Source of the DNA: Promethearchaeota archaeon
GTDB taxonomy: Archaea; Asgardarchaeota; Lokiarchaeia; Sigyniarchaeales; SOKP01
Direction of reading: 5' to 3'
NCBI GenBank assembly: GCA_029838195.1
Contig: JALGVJ010000005.1
Coordinates: 100,859 to 164,858, forward strand
Length of the DNA stretch: 64,000 nucleotides
Numbering within the stretch: the stretch's first letter is position 1; every line of letters begins with the position of its first letter. A model generated the notes under the pieces. The model saw nothing but the letters and a program-made list of their open reading frames with translations. It was not told the DNA's origin and ran no database searches. Both the position numbers and the translations under genes were made by a program. Below, one piece after another: positions 1 through 10,215 of the stretch.

Positions 1-327
1 TTTAAAAATAATTTTTAAGAAAGAAATTCAAGCATTATTTGTTGATTTGCCCTTTTAAAGTCCTATATTTTCTCTTTTTCAAAATTATTAAAAAAATCTC
101 GAATTAAATCAATTTTCAATTCTTTTAGGGAACAATTAAGAACACGTTTATTTCATTCCCAATTCTATCGTGATTTTTTAACCAATCTTTGACAAAAAAT
201 GAAACTTTTTAGTTAATTCAAGAGATAATAATGAAATTTCTTAAATTTAAAAAATAAAATGTTTACGATTAATTATCTGATTAGAGAAAAAAAGTAGGTA
301 TTGAATTAATTTCTTCATAATAAAGAG

Positions 328-627
328 ATGATGGAACTAAATTACATTATTTTTGGAATTTTTTTATTCACGAGCTTTTTCATAATTATTTTTGTTTTTG
401 CCGCACTTTCAGCAGATCTCTTCATTACGGTGATATCGTTTTTATTTTATCTCATATTATTAATACCCTTTTACATCCTACTGAATGAGTTTAAAATTCA
501 AATTTATTATTATGATTTAGAAACCTTATCTTATTTTATTTCTTTTTACTCGTTTTCCATTTTAATAACTTCTTTTTTCGGAATATATCTTTTTATTCAA
601 ACGTGCTACCTAATTTTAGCAGCATGA
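328..627 (+). CDS. small hypothetical membrane protein (about 3 TM helices)
   Basis: 99-aa ORF that is almost entirely hydrophobic (F/I/L/Y); same strand as the downstream GTPase. Confidence 0.55.
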   Translation: MMELNYIIFGIFLFTSFFIIIFVFAALSADLFITVISFLFYLILLIPFYILLNEFKIQIYYYDLETLSYFISFYSFSILITSFFGIYLFIQTCYLILAA

Positions 628-753
628 TCTTGGTCCTTTTTTAAATAAAAAAGTAAAGTGTTTATGAGAGTAATATAATGAACTTCTCTCTTCTTTAGAA
701 TTTTAAAATTAAAACGTTCTATTTAAATAAATTGTCGCGGACAAAAAATAACC

Positions 754-1401
754 ATGATTGTCGATCAACTATCTAAAACGATCTTCATAAAAATTATTTT
801 ATACGGTCCTGCGATGGCAGGAAAGACCACCTTAATGGATTTCATCCACTCAATTCACGGAGATCGAGGAGTATTAGATAAAATTGAAGGAACCCATGGA
901 AGGACATTATTTTGGGATCACGGTGTTTATACTTTTGTAATTTCAAAGGGCTGGAAAGTAAAATTAGTATTAATTGGCACTACGGGCCAAAAATATTATA
1001 AAGATAACCGCATGGTGATAATGAAGCAAGGATGTGATGGAATTATCTTTATAGCAGATGCGAGAAAAACAGAGATCGAACGAAACATGGCAAGTTTCGC
1101 TGAATTGGTGGGAATATTTGGTCCAAATTTATCAAAAATTCCAATTGTAATCTGCTTGAATAAGTATGATTTGGACAAAAATACGTTAATCTCGTTAGAA
1201 GATTTCCGAAAGATTTTAAAAGACCGATTTAAGGAAATTATTGAAAATGAAGAACGTTTGCGAATCTCTTATAGAATTACGATTGCCGTGAAAGGATATG
1301 GAGCGATGGAAGCTTTAAGACAAGTTTTATTATTCATTAATCCCGATCTATTAAAACTATTGGAACCTGAATTAAAGAGTGGTCAAGTTATAATAATTTA
1401 A
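754..1401 (+). CDS. MglA-like small GTPase (Ras superfamily)
   Basis: G1 GPAMAGKT, MglA-type GRTLFWD, G3 variant GTTGQ, DGIIFIAD, G4 NKYD, G5-like AVKGYG. Confidence 0.85.
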   Translation: MIVDQLSKTIFIKIILYGPAMAGKTTLMDFIHSIHGDRGVLDKIEGTHGRTLFWDHGVYTFVISKGWKVKLVLIGTTGQKYYKDNRMVIMKQGCDGIIFIADARKTEIERNMASFAELVGIFGPNLSKIPIVICLNKYDLDKNTLISLEDFRKILKDRFKEIIENEERLRISYRITIAVKGYGAMEALRQVLLFINPDLLKLLEPELKSGQVIII

Positions 1402-1674
1402 AGTAATTCTTTTTTCTTTTCTATTATTTTTCTATTTATCTCAAATAAGAATGATCATTTAGCTTCCATAGATAAAAGATTAATTTTTATGTAGGTCGTT
1501 ATGAATCTACGATAATAATCGAAAGGGGAGAAGAAGAAAGATATTTAAAAAAGAACCTTTATGGAATAATTAGAACTTAATAAATTTGAAAAGAAAATCT
1601 TAAATTTATAATTAAGGATTTGGAAAAGACATATTTTTAAATTTTTTTAAAAAAAGTTATTATTACTAAAAAAG

Positions 1675-2739
1675 ATGGTTCATTCATTAGAAGAGATTAG
1701 TGGCATAGGGAGAAAAACGGCTCAGATTTTAAAACAAGTTGGGGTCAATTCAGTTGAAGATCTAGCCTCAATAAACATAAATGATTTAATCAAAGTAAAA
1801 GGGATTGGAAAAGCTACTGCTGAACGATATATTAAAAAGGCAAAAGAATTCCTACAAATGAAGAAACAGGGGGAAAAAAAAGAAGTTGAAGGAGATAAAG
1901 AGGAAATCATTGAAGAGCTAATTGCCGGAGCAGAGGAGGATTTCTCAACCGCCAAAAAAGAGAGCCTAGATTTAAATTTTTGGAATAAACCACCATATTC
2001 TAGTTTGTTGGATTCGGAACTCGCGAAAGAATCGAAACTAGTGTTTTATAATCTTAGTAATTTGGTTAATGAATTCTTCGATAAAATGCTCAAGGAAGAA
2101 ATCATTAATTATAAGATTTCGGGCATAGCTTTAAAAAATTCAGCTATTTTACATCATTATAAAATCAGCAGCGTGATAAAAGAGGAGGAAGAGATCCAAA
2201 AACAAGAGGATATTGAAAAACTAAGAGAGAGCCATAGAAGAACCATTCCAAAAACCCTCCCCCAACCATTGCGTCCAAAAATGGAGATCTCAACTAAAGA
2301 AGAGCTATTTGAAGCCATGAGATCTGCCATCATTGAAACCATGCAAAAGAAAGAAAAACTAAAGAGAAGGAGAATTCTGCGAGAACAGAGAAAACAAAAG
2401 AGATTACAAATGAGGTCTAAAGCAAAATTACCAAAAGAATTATTAAAGCATATCACCGGAAAAGAACAAACAGTAGAAGAATTACACGAATCGTGGTTTA
2501 ATCGGATAAAATCTATAATCAATTTAAATAATAAGGAAAGTACTTCATTTTTTGAACTTATAGATTTAATAAATAAGGAAGAAAAAACGGAAATTGGAAA
2601 GAGATTTAGTTTAGTTCGCCTCTTTCTTGCCTTGATGTTTTTATCTACGGGAGGGGTTAAAAGTACTGCTAAAATGAATCCCGTGATTCAATTATTTCAA
2701 GAACATGATTTTAATGATATTAAGATTCAATTAAAATAA
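1675..2739 (+). CDS. scpA: kleisin ScpA with N-terminal helix-hairpin-helix domain
   Basis: N-terminal HhH (ISGIGRKTA...VKGIGKATA); ScpA-like ISGIALKNSAILHHYK; C-terminal winged-helix RLFLALMFL...QLFQEHDFNDIKI; lies directly upstream of scpB. Confidence 0.8.
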   Translation: MVHSLEEISGIGRKTAQILKQVGVNSVEDLASININDLIKVKGIGKATAERYIKKAKEFLQMKKQGEKKEVEGDKEEIIEELIAGAEEDFSTAKKESLDLNFWNKPPYSSLLDSELAKESKLVFYNLSNLVNEFFDKMLKEEIINYKISGIALKNSAILHHYKISSVIKEEEEIQKQEDIEKLRESHRRTIPKTLPQPLRPKMEISTKEELFEAMRSAIIETMQKKEKLKRRRILREQRKQKRLQMRSKAKLPKELLKHITGKEQTVEELHESWFNRIKSIINLNNKESTSFFELIDLINKEEKTEIGKRFSLVRLFLALMFLSTGGVKSTAKMNPVIQLFQEHDFNDIKIQLK

Positions 2740-2761
2740 TTATAATTCATCTACTTATAAC

Positions 2762-3493
2762 ATGAATGAAAATACGGAGAATAGTATCAAAGAATTTGAA
2801 AAGAAAGAAACAGAAAAGGAAATTGAGGAGAATGGGAAAGCTTTAGAAGGGGAATTTTCGGAAAAAGCTCTATCTTCCCCCGCACAAAAAGAAACAGAAA
2901 TTAATCATATGGAAAAGACCTTAAAAAATTCACTTGAAGCAGGAGCAGGAATAGATATGAGACATTTTAAGAAAAATTTAATTGAAGCATCGTTATTTGT
3001 AGCGGGTAGTTCTCTTAATATCGAAGAAATCTCAAGTAAATTAAATATAAGCAAAAAAGAAGTAAAAGAATTAATAGAAGAATTAGCTATTGATTATCTG
3101 GAAAGAAATTCTGCTTTAATAATTGCACAATTAGGGGAAGACACTTATCAATTACAAATCAAGACGGAATACATGGACCATATCTCCAAATTTGCTAAAG
3201 GAGGGGCAATTCCAGAAAAATATCTGCGAACTTTAACAATTATCGCCTTAAAACAACCCATATTGAAATCAACTTTGGTAAAAATAAGAGGGTCAGGAGC
3301 TTATGAACACGTGAGCTATTTACTTGATAGGGGTTTGATTTCAGCTGTAAAAAAAGGGAGGAGTCAAGAATTAACAACCACCGAAAAATATGCAGAAATG
3401 TATGGTTTGCCAAAAAATATTGAAGAAATGAAGAAAGTGATGATAAAACAATTAGGAATCGAAAATAATATAGAAAATAATAAAAGAGAATGA
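2762..3493 (+). CDS. scpB: SMC-Scp complex subunit ScpB
   Basis: IEASLFVAG, LRTLTIIALKQPI, IRGSGAYEHV, TTEKYAEMYGL motifs. Confidence 0.93.
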   Translation: MNENTENSIKEFEKKETEKEIEENGKALEGEFSEKALSSPAQKETEINHMEKTLKNSLEAGAGIDMRHFKKNLIEASLFVAGSSLNIEEISSKLNISKKEVKELIEELAIDYLERNSALIIAQLGEDTYQLQIKTEYMDHISKFAKGGAIPEKYLRTLTIIALKQPILKSTLVKIRGSGAYEHVSYLLDRGLISAVKKGRSQELTTTEKYAEMYGLPKNIEEMKKVMIKQLGIENNIENNKRE

Positions 3494-3494
3494 T

Positions 3495-6098
3495 TTATTT
3501 TAGGGAAATTAAAACTTTTAAATTCAATTCTTGAATGGTTTCCTTGAGATCATGAGATCCTTGATAAGCTTTTTCTCGTTTTATTGAATCTATGATAAGT
3601 TTTTTTGCACGGATTGTATTAATAATATCATCTTTTACTTGTTTAAGTTTGTTTTGATTCTTAGAATTCGTTAATAAAATAATTTTGCATATTTCTTGAT
3701 TTAGGGGGATTTGAAGTTTTGATTTAAATCGTCTGAGATTCTCAATAACTTTGATAGCCAATTCACCCACTTTTTGCTTCTCTTCATCAATACCCTCATG
3801 TGGTTTTGGCCAACCTTCCAAATGGATTGATTTCTTTTTAATAAAAGGCTGATAAATTAGAAAATAGATTTCTTCAGTAATAAACGGCATGATCACTGCC
3901 AAGATTTTTAAAGTTTGGTAAAAGAGGTTCAAGGCATTTATCAAAGCTTTAGTTTGAGTTTTTTTATCTTCTGTGTAGAATTTATATTTAATCGCTTCAA
4001 GGTAATTATCGCATAGTCCGTTCCAAAAAAATAACCTTAATGAAACATAACCTTCATGCCAATTGTACTGATCAAAATATTGGGTGATCTTTACTAATGT
4101 TTTATTGAATTCTTCATAAAAATAGTAATCAATACAAGAAAGTTCCTCGGGAGTAATCGATTTTAATTCAATATTTGATTTATCAAGATTAATTTTGAGA
4201 AAACGATAAGCATTCCATATTTTTGTCAAAAATCTCGAGGCAGCAATCAATTGTTCAAATCGACGGCGATATTTCTTATTAAACTTCTCTTCTGTTAATT
4301 TTTCTCTTTCTTTTTTAATTATTTCCTCAGAAACAGGTTGATTTTTATGGATATCGTACCAAGTATATTCAAAAGGATAATCATCTCCAAGAGTCCCTAA
4401 CGCAGCCCATTGTCTTATTGCATCTGCACCGAATTCAGGTATTACTTCATCCGGAGAAACGATATTACCAAAGCTTTTTGACATTTTTCTTAAATCGGGA
4501 CCCGCGACCATTCCATTAATCATTATTTCAGAAAATGGGGCCTTGCCGGTCAGTAATTTACATCTAAAAAGAGTATAAAACAACCACGTTCGAATGATCT
4601 CATACCCTTGAGGGCGATGAACCTGGGCTTCCATGTACGTTTTTTTGAAAAAATTTTCATCTTCTAACCACTTACTAATTGCTAAAGGCGTAATACTAGA
4701 ATCAATCCAACAATCACACACATCTTTCTCTCCTTCAATGCGCTTATTCCCACAGTTGGGGCATTTATCAACAGGAGGGGGTATTTTTACTGGATCCAAA
4801 GGTAAATCATCCTCTGAGGGTGCTATTACTTCCCCGCAATCTTTACAATACCAAAATGGAATTGGAGTGCCAAAAACTCTCTGTCGGGAAATAACCCAAT
4901 TCCAATCTAATCCTTCACACCAGTCAATCAAGCGCTGTTTATGTTTTTCAGGATACCATTTCATTAAATTGGCGGACTCAATGATGTCATCAGTAAAATC
5001 TTTCACGTTTATGAACCATTGATATATCGGTAAATACTCTATTGGTTTTCTACAAGATGATCGTTCTGAATGGATGATTATTCGATGGTCATGATCTTCT
5101 ACCTTCTCTAATAAGCCCATTTCCTTCAATTTTTTTACTATCTCCTCCCGTGCTTCAAGGATGGTTAATCCTTTAAACTGAGAATTCTCATTCATGTGGC
5201 CATCTTCCGTGAAGATTTGAATTTCCGGCAAATCATATTGAAGTTTCCACTTAATATCCATCTCATCACCATACGTACAACAATAAACGATCCCCGTACC
5301 AAAATTCATATCCACATTTTTATCCATCTGTATCCGAACCGTCCGATTGGTAAAGGGAATGCGTACCTCAGCAGCAGAAAGATGATAATAACGATCATCA
5401 TTGGGATGAATGAAAACCCCCACGCATGCTTCCATGTATTCTGGCCGCGTGGTAGCAATCGTTATATATTCATTTTCCCTATCTACTAAAGGTAATTTGA
5501 TATACCATAATTTTCCTTTTTCTTCTTCATATCCTACTTCTGCTTTTGCCACCGACGTTTCACAATTCACGCAGAAATGAGTGGGAAACTTCTCTCGATA
5601 AAGCCAGCCTTTCTTCCAGAAATACAATAAGGACCATTGAACCTTGTACTTGTAATCATCATTCATAGTTCGATAGGTATAATTCCAATCCGTTGAATAT
5701 CCTAACTCATCGAATTGTTGCGTCATGTTTTTAATATTATCTTCCACCCATTCCACGCACTTGGCAAGAAATTCATCTCTATTCTCCTTAGAAATCCCAT
5801 AATTTTTTTCGACTGCCAATTCAACAGGTAAGCCATGACAATCAAAACCTTGAGGAAAATAGACATTCCTTCCTCTCATTTTATGAAAACGTGCTACAAA
5901 ATCAATCCAAGAATGATTAAGCACGTGACCCAAGTGAAGGGTTCCACTAACAAAAGGAGGCGGGGTATCAATTGAAAAAACTTGGTCTTTTTTCTCTGGA
6001 TCAAATTTATATATACCTTCCTCTTGCCAGTATTTTATCCATTTTTGCTGGATTGGGCCGTGATTATATCTTTTAGGATAAGTTTGTTCTCTTGTCAT
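3495..6098 (-). CDS. valS: valyl-tRNA synthetase
   Basis: IDTPPP..SGTLHLGH (HIGH), ATTRPE, WVISRQR, KMSKS. Confidence 0.95.
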   Translation of the reverse strand: MTREQTYPKRYNHGPIQQKWIKYWQEEGIYKFDPEKKDQVFSIDTPPPFVSGTLHLGHVLNHSWIDFVARFHKMRGRNVYFPQGFDCHGLPVELAVEKNYGISKENRDEFLAKCVEWVEDNIKNMTQQFDELGYSTDWNYTYRTMNDDYKYKVQWSLLYFWKKGWLYREKFPTHFCVNCETSVAKAEVGYEEEKGKLWYIKLPLVDRENEYITIATTRPEYMEACVGVFIHPNDDRYYHLSAAEVRIPFTNRTVRIQMDKNVDMNFGTGIVYCCTYGDEMDIKWKLQYDLPEIQIFTEDGHMNENSQFKGLTILEAREEIVKKLKEMGLLEKVEDHDHRIIIHSERSSCRKPIEYLPIYQWFINVKDFTDDIIESANLMKWYPEKHKQRLIDWCEGLDWNWVISRQRVFGTPIPFWYCKDCGEVIAPSEDDLPLDPVKIPPPVDKCPNCGNKRIEGEKDVCDCWIDSSITPLAISKWLEDENFFKKTYMEAQVHRPQGYEIIRTWLFYTLFRCKLLTGKAPFSEIMINGMVAGPDLRKMSKSFGNIVSPDEVIPEFGADAIRQWAALGTLGDDYPFEYTWYDIHKNQPVSEEIIKKEREKLTEEKFNKKYRRRFEQLIAASRFLTKIWNAYRFLKINLDKSNIELKSITPEELSCIDYYFYEEFNKTLVKITQYFDQYNWHEGYVSLRLFFWNGLCDNYLEAIKYKFYTEDKKTQTKALINALNLFYQTLKILAVIMPFITEEIYFLIYQPFIKKKSIHLEGWPKPHEGIDEEKQKVGELAIKVIENLRRFKSKLQIPLNQEICKIILLTNSKNQNKLKQVKDDIINTIRAKKLIIDSIKREKAYQGSHDLKETIQELNLKVLISLK

Positions 6099-6133
6099 GT
6101 TAAAATTTGAAAAATTTTATCTTCAATAATGGA

Positions 6134-6235
6134 TGGACCTGACGGGATTTGAACCCGTGACCTCGAGAATGCGAATCTCGCGTTTCAGGGGGGCTTTCAA
6201 GAAACCCAAACTATCTGCGACTGATCTACAGGCCC
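6134..6235 (-). tRNA. tRNA-Ala(CGC) with a ~30-nt intron in the D-arm (6183-6212)
   Basis: Minus strand: acceptor GGGCCTG/CAGGTCC with G3-U70 and discriminator A; anticodon arm CGAGA-TTCGCAT-TCTCG; T arm ACGGG-TTCAAAT-CCCGT. The D stem GATC/GATC is restored by removing 6183-6212. Confidence 0.88.
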
Positions 6236-6607
6236 GCGTTTTTGAATGTTTTCTTAATTATTTTTAATTCCTTCTACAAAAAATTGTTTTTTCTTTTTAA
6301 TAATTAATAAAAAAATATAATTTTTGCGTAATTCAATCAGAGGGAGAAATTTTACATTAAAATCATTATCTCCCATAATTTTTGCTTAAATTGCCAACCA
6401 AGAGATTACTAATAAAAAATGAATTAAAATAATGAATCTCTTAAAATGAGGGAATATTGAACTCAATCAACAAAATTTTATCATTAAGTCAGACAATTCA
6501 ATCATTAAATTTAGTAAAAATTTCTATTAAATTCACGATAAAGATCTTTAAGAACGAGAAAAAGAAAAAAATTAAAAACTCAAGAAAGTAAAGATGGTTC
6601 ATAGATT

Positions 6608-8998
6608 TTAATATTCCGTTCTTGCAATGATTTCATTCTGGGCATTTTCTGATAGTTCATTAAATAACACAGAATAGCCAGCAATTCTCACTACGAGACC
6701 CACGTGTTTTTCCGGATGTTTTTGAGCGTCAAGAAGGGTGTCTTTACCCACCACGTTAAATTGAATGTGGTATCCCCCATCTTTCGTGAAAAAGGATCGT
6801 ATTAACGAAGGAAATAATTCTATTTTGAAGGAGGTTGGATGGAATGATAAAATAAGAGAGTTCCCATTAGTTTGAAGAGAATTATCGAGTTTCTTGATGC
6901 TATTTAAGATAGCCGTGGGCCCATTCTTATCTCTTCCGTGCGTGGGACCAACACCATTGGAAAGAGGTTCTCGAGAGCGTCTTCCATCCGCAGAGGCACC
7001 TGTAAAAGAGCCGAAAGCCAGATGTAAAGAAGTAGAATATATTCCGGGGTTAAATTTTCCTCCTCTAAAATTATCATGCCTTGCTATTTCTTCGCAAAAG
7101 CTCTTGACGATTTCTACTGCAATTTCATCCACGTAATCTTCATCATTACAAAATTTGGGAACTTTATTAATGAATATTTCTTGCCATTCTTTCCCTGTCT
7201 TTCCTCTATAGGTTCCCTTGAAATTTCTTTTCAAAATGGTAACCATATCATCTAACGAGAGCAGATTTTGCTCAAAAACGATTTTTTTAATGACTGCTAA
7301 ACTATCTGCTGCGGTAGCTAATCCAATCATTTGAGGACCTGTGAAATCGTAGACAGCGCCCCCTTGAGTGATATCTAACCCTCTCTCAATGCAATCATCA
7401 ATCGTCGTGGAAAGAAAGGGTTGAGGCTTAATTTCTGCAATCGCCTTATCCAAATAATACATTGCGTCGACCATGTATTTGATGAAATATTTCATGTTCT
7501 CAATAAACCGATGCCATAATTCTTGGTAAGACGTTATGGGAGAATCAAATTTTAATCCGATTTCTCTCCTTAAAAATACATCCGTGCTATTGTTTAGTGC
7601 TAATTCTAAACATTTTACTATGTTGAATTGATTGGCATTCGTGGACCCAAATGATTTGTGCGGATGTTGGGGTTCCACGCACCCAATGGGCGCATATTCC
7701 CGCGCATCTTCTATCGTAAAACCTCTATTTACCAAACCCTTGATCATGATTTCATCATTGAACAACGCCAAACTCGTACCTTGTTTTATAACCTCTCCGA
7801 CTTTCAATAGAAAATCATCGGAGGTCTTTTCATGTACGCGAACGGAAAAAGTAGGTTGGACCGTTTTTAAGTTAGAATAGGCTTCTAAGATGATATAGGA
7901 CAATTCATTTGTTGCATCTTGACCACGTGCGTCCAATCCTCCTATCGTGAGATTTTCTGCTATGGGTGGGCCTTCTGCAGCATTCACACCAAGATAAAAG
8001 ACGTAATTCCACAGTGTATTTAATTTTAAGAAGAAACATTCAATGAGAAACTTGACTTCTTCCTTAGTAATCGTGTTATTCTTGATATCATTAATATAGA
8101 ACGGGTATAGATATTGGTCTAATCTACCTATACTAATTGCAAATCCGCCATCTTCCAGACCGCAGATAACTTGAGTAAAATAAATTAATTGAATAGCTTC
8201 TTTAAAATTTTTCGGAGGTTTACCGGAAATATTGTTACAAGCATTACTTATTTCAAGTAACTCTTTTTTACGTTTTATATCTTGTTCTTTTTGTGCCATG
8301 CTAAAGGCTAATTCAGAAAATCTCTTGATGTAGCATTTTGCTGCTTTTAAAACAATCAACATTGCACTCAATGCTAAACTCATCTGGTCATTGTTCTCTA
8401 CAAGGGCAATTTTATTTTCTATCTTCTGGATCAATCCATCCAATCCGTCTTTCAATATATTTTTATGACCGGGCATAAAATGTCCAATTCCATTGGTGAC
8501 CTCAGTTTCAATCGTAAATACTAAGGTATCTACTTTTTCTTTAATCTCTGGAGGGATGCTAGACAAAAATCTTTCTTTTAGGGTTTTTTCATCGTTCTTC
8601 CAATAGGGAATGATTTCAGATTTTAGGACCGCTTTATCTTCTTCCGAAATGAATAATTTTTGAGCTTTTCTGTTATCATAGGTATCGATATCTTGTTCGA
8701 TGGTATCAATTCTTACTTCTGGGTAAAGAGGGGTACCGATAAATTTAGTGCATCGGTTTCCTATGATATACTCATCATCCCATATAATAATGGTCATTTC
8801 TTTTAATAATTTTTCCATGGCTTTGGCGAATCGAATGTAAGGGAGCTGATCTCTTGTTTTTTTATAGGATTCCGTGAATATTTTTGCTCTTTCAATACAT
8901 ATTTCGTGAGGGGAGGTCAGTATTTTGTTTTTCATTTTTAAAATTCTTTCTTCGCGAGATAAACTTGACGCTTGTTTAGTTATCATAAGAATTATCAA
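6608..8998 (-). CDS. glycyl radical enzyme (PFL2/dehydratase-like), substrate unknown
   Basis: GRLDQYLYP, Cys loop GCVEP, C-terminal glycyl radical motif HIQFNV...VRIAGYS. The true start may be a downstream ATG (MITKQ). Confidence 0.92.
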   Translation of the reverse strand: MIILMITKQASSLSREERILKMKNKILTSPHEICIERAKIFTESYKKTRDQLPYIRFAKAMEKLLKEMTIIIWDDEYIIGNRCTKFIGTPLYPEVRIDTIEQDIDTYDNRKAQKLFISEEDKAVLKSEIIPYWKNDEKTLKERFLSSIPPEIKEKVDTLVFTIETEVTNGIGHFMPGHKNILKDGLDGLIQKIENKIALVENNDQMSLALSAMLIVLKAAKCYIKRFSELAFSMAQKEQDIKRKKELLEISNACNNISGKPPKNFKEAIQLIYFTQVICGLEDGGFAISIGRLDQYLYPFYINDIKNNTITKEEVKFLIECFFLKLNTLWNYVFYLGVNAAEGPPIAENLTIGGLDARGQDATNELSYIILEAYSNLKTVQPTFSVRVHEKTSDDFLLKVGEVIKQGTSLALFNDEIMIKGLVNRGFTIEDAREYAPIGCVEPQHPHKSFGSTNANQFNIVKCLELALNNSTDVFLRREIGLKFDSPITSYQELWHRFIENMKYFIKYMVDAMYYLDKAIAEIKPQPFLSTTIDDCIERGLDITQGGAVYDFTGPQMIGLATAADSLAVIKKIVFEQNLLSLDDMVTILKRNFKGTYRGKTGKEWQEIFINKVPKFCNDEDYVDEIAVEIVKSFCEEIARHDNFRGGKFNPGIYSTSLHLAFGSFTGASADGRRSREPLSNGVGPTHGRDKNGPTAILNSIKKLDNSLQTNGNSLILSFHPTSFKIELFPSLIRSFFTKDGGYHIQFNVVGKDTLLDAQKHPEKHVGLVVRIAGYSVLFNELSENAQNEIIARTEY

Positions 8999-9273
8999 AT
9001 TAGAAGATGTTTAATTTCAAATTCATATATTTAAACAATTATGATATGAATGGAGCTTTTATAAAATTTTAGAAATACTCATGAGGTTTTATAAGCAAGC
9101 GAATGTAAAGTTGGGGGATATATATTTAAAATAAGAAGGATGTAATTATTATTCAACAAGATTTATTATAAATAATAAATGGATAGAATGAATTTCTCAT
9201 AACTTATTTTATTTAAAGATAAAAATTATCAACAATTAATTCTTTTTAAATAAAAAAGCGTAAGATTTGAAAA

Positions 9274-10215
9274 ATGATTGACAAGGAACGATTTGCGAAA
9301 TTATTTAATCAACAACTAATTAAAGATATTACTCAAGAGGAGATAAAAATTGTATTATCTGGCCAATACGGGAAAGCTTTAGAGTTATTGAGAGATGCGG
9401 AAGCAACATCATTGTTTCCAGCTTTGATTGGGCCACCTGGCGTAGGAAAGACCATTTTGTGCCGTTATTTTGCTAGCTTGAGGGCAAAAGAGCAAAAAAG
9501 CCGAAATTTTTACTGGCTTACCATGGATGAGAGCATAAAACCATCTCATTTTATTGGAACTTTTGATCCAGCCATCGTTTTAAGAAAAGGTTTTACTTTA
9601 GAGGCATTTAATCCGGGTCCTTTATTAAATGCCATGTTAGAGGGAGGGACATTTTTAGCTAATGAAATAAATAGAGCGACGGAATATTCTCAGAATACTT
9701 TATTAGAACCATTAGAGGAGGCTTCAGTAACCGTGCCTCATTTAGGAAGAATAAAAGCGAATAAAGATTTTTTTTTCATATGTGCCATGAACCCCGAAGA
9801 GTTATCGGGAACGCATCGATTATCTGAAGCATTAAAGGATCGAATTAAAGTGTGGATAAAATTGGATTATCCTAATAAAGCAACTGAATTAGATATCATT
9901 AGAATTAATTTACCCGAACATTTCACGATAGATGAATCTGAATTAGAATTAATTTATTCAATCATCAAAGAGACCCGCAAAAATATGATTGATATTGAAA
10001 TTCCGGCTTCAATTAGGGCGGGCATTGCTATGGCGAAATTATTAGGGCGCAAGCGAGAATTAGAAGAAAAAGAAAAGACTAAAGAAAAAAAATCTGCGTA
10101 CTTGCATTTATCCGAAATTGCTCGATATGTCTTATTAGGTAGTATTAAACCAAAACCGGGAGTAAATGTAGAAGATGTAGTGGATAATATTATAGCAAAA
10201 ACAGTTGGAGGGTGA
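9274..10215 (+). CDS. MoxR-family AAA+ ATPase (CoxD/YehL-like)
   Basis: Walker A GPPGVGKT, GPLLNAM, Walker B variant FLANE, AMNP, LSEALKDR. Confidence 0.88.
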   Translation: MIDKERFAKLFNQQLIKDITQEEIKIVLSGQYGKALELLRDAEATSLFPALIGPPGVGKTILCRYFASLRAKEQKSRNFYWLTMDESIKPSHFIGTFDPAIVLRKGFTLEAFNPGPLLNAMLEGGTFLANEINRATEYSQNTLLEPLEEASVTVPHLGRIKANKDFFFICAMNPEELSGTHRLSEALKDRIKVWIKLDYPNKATELDIIRINLPEHFTIDESELELIYSIIKETRKNMIDIEIPASIRAGIAMAKLLGRKRELEEKEKTKEKKSAYLHLSEIARYVLLGSIKPKPGVNVEDVVDNIIAKTVGG

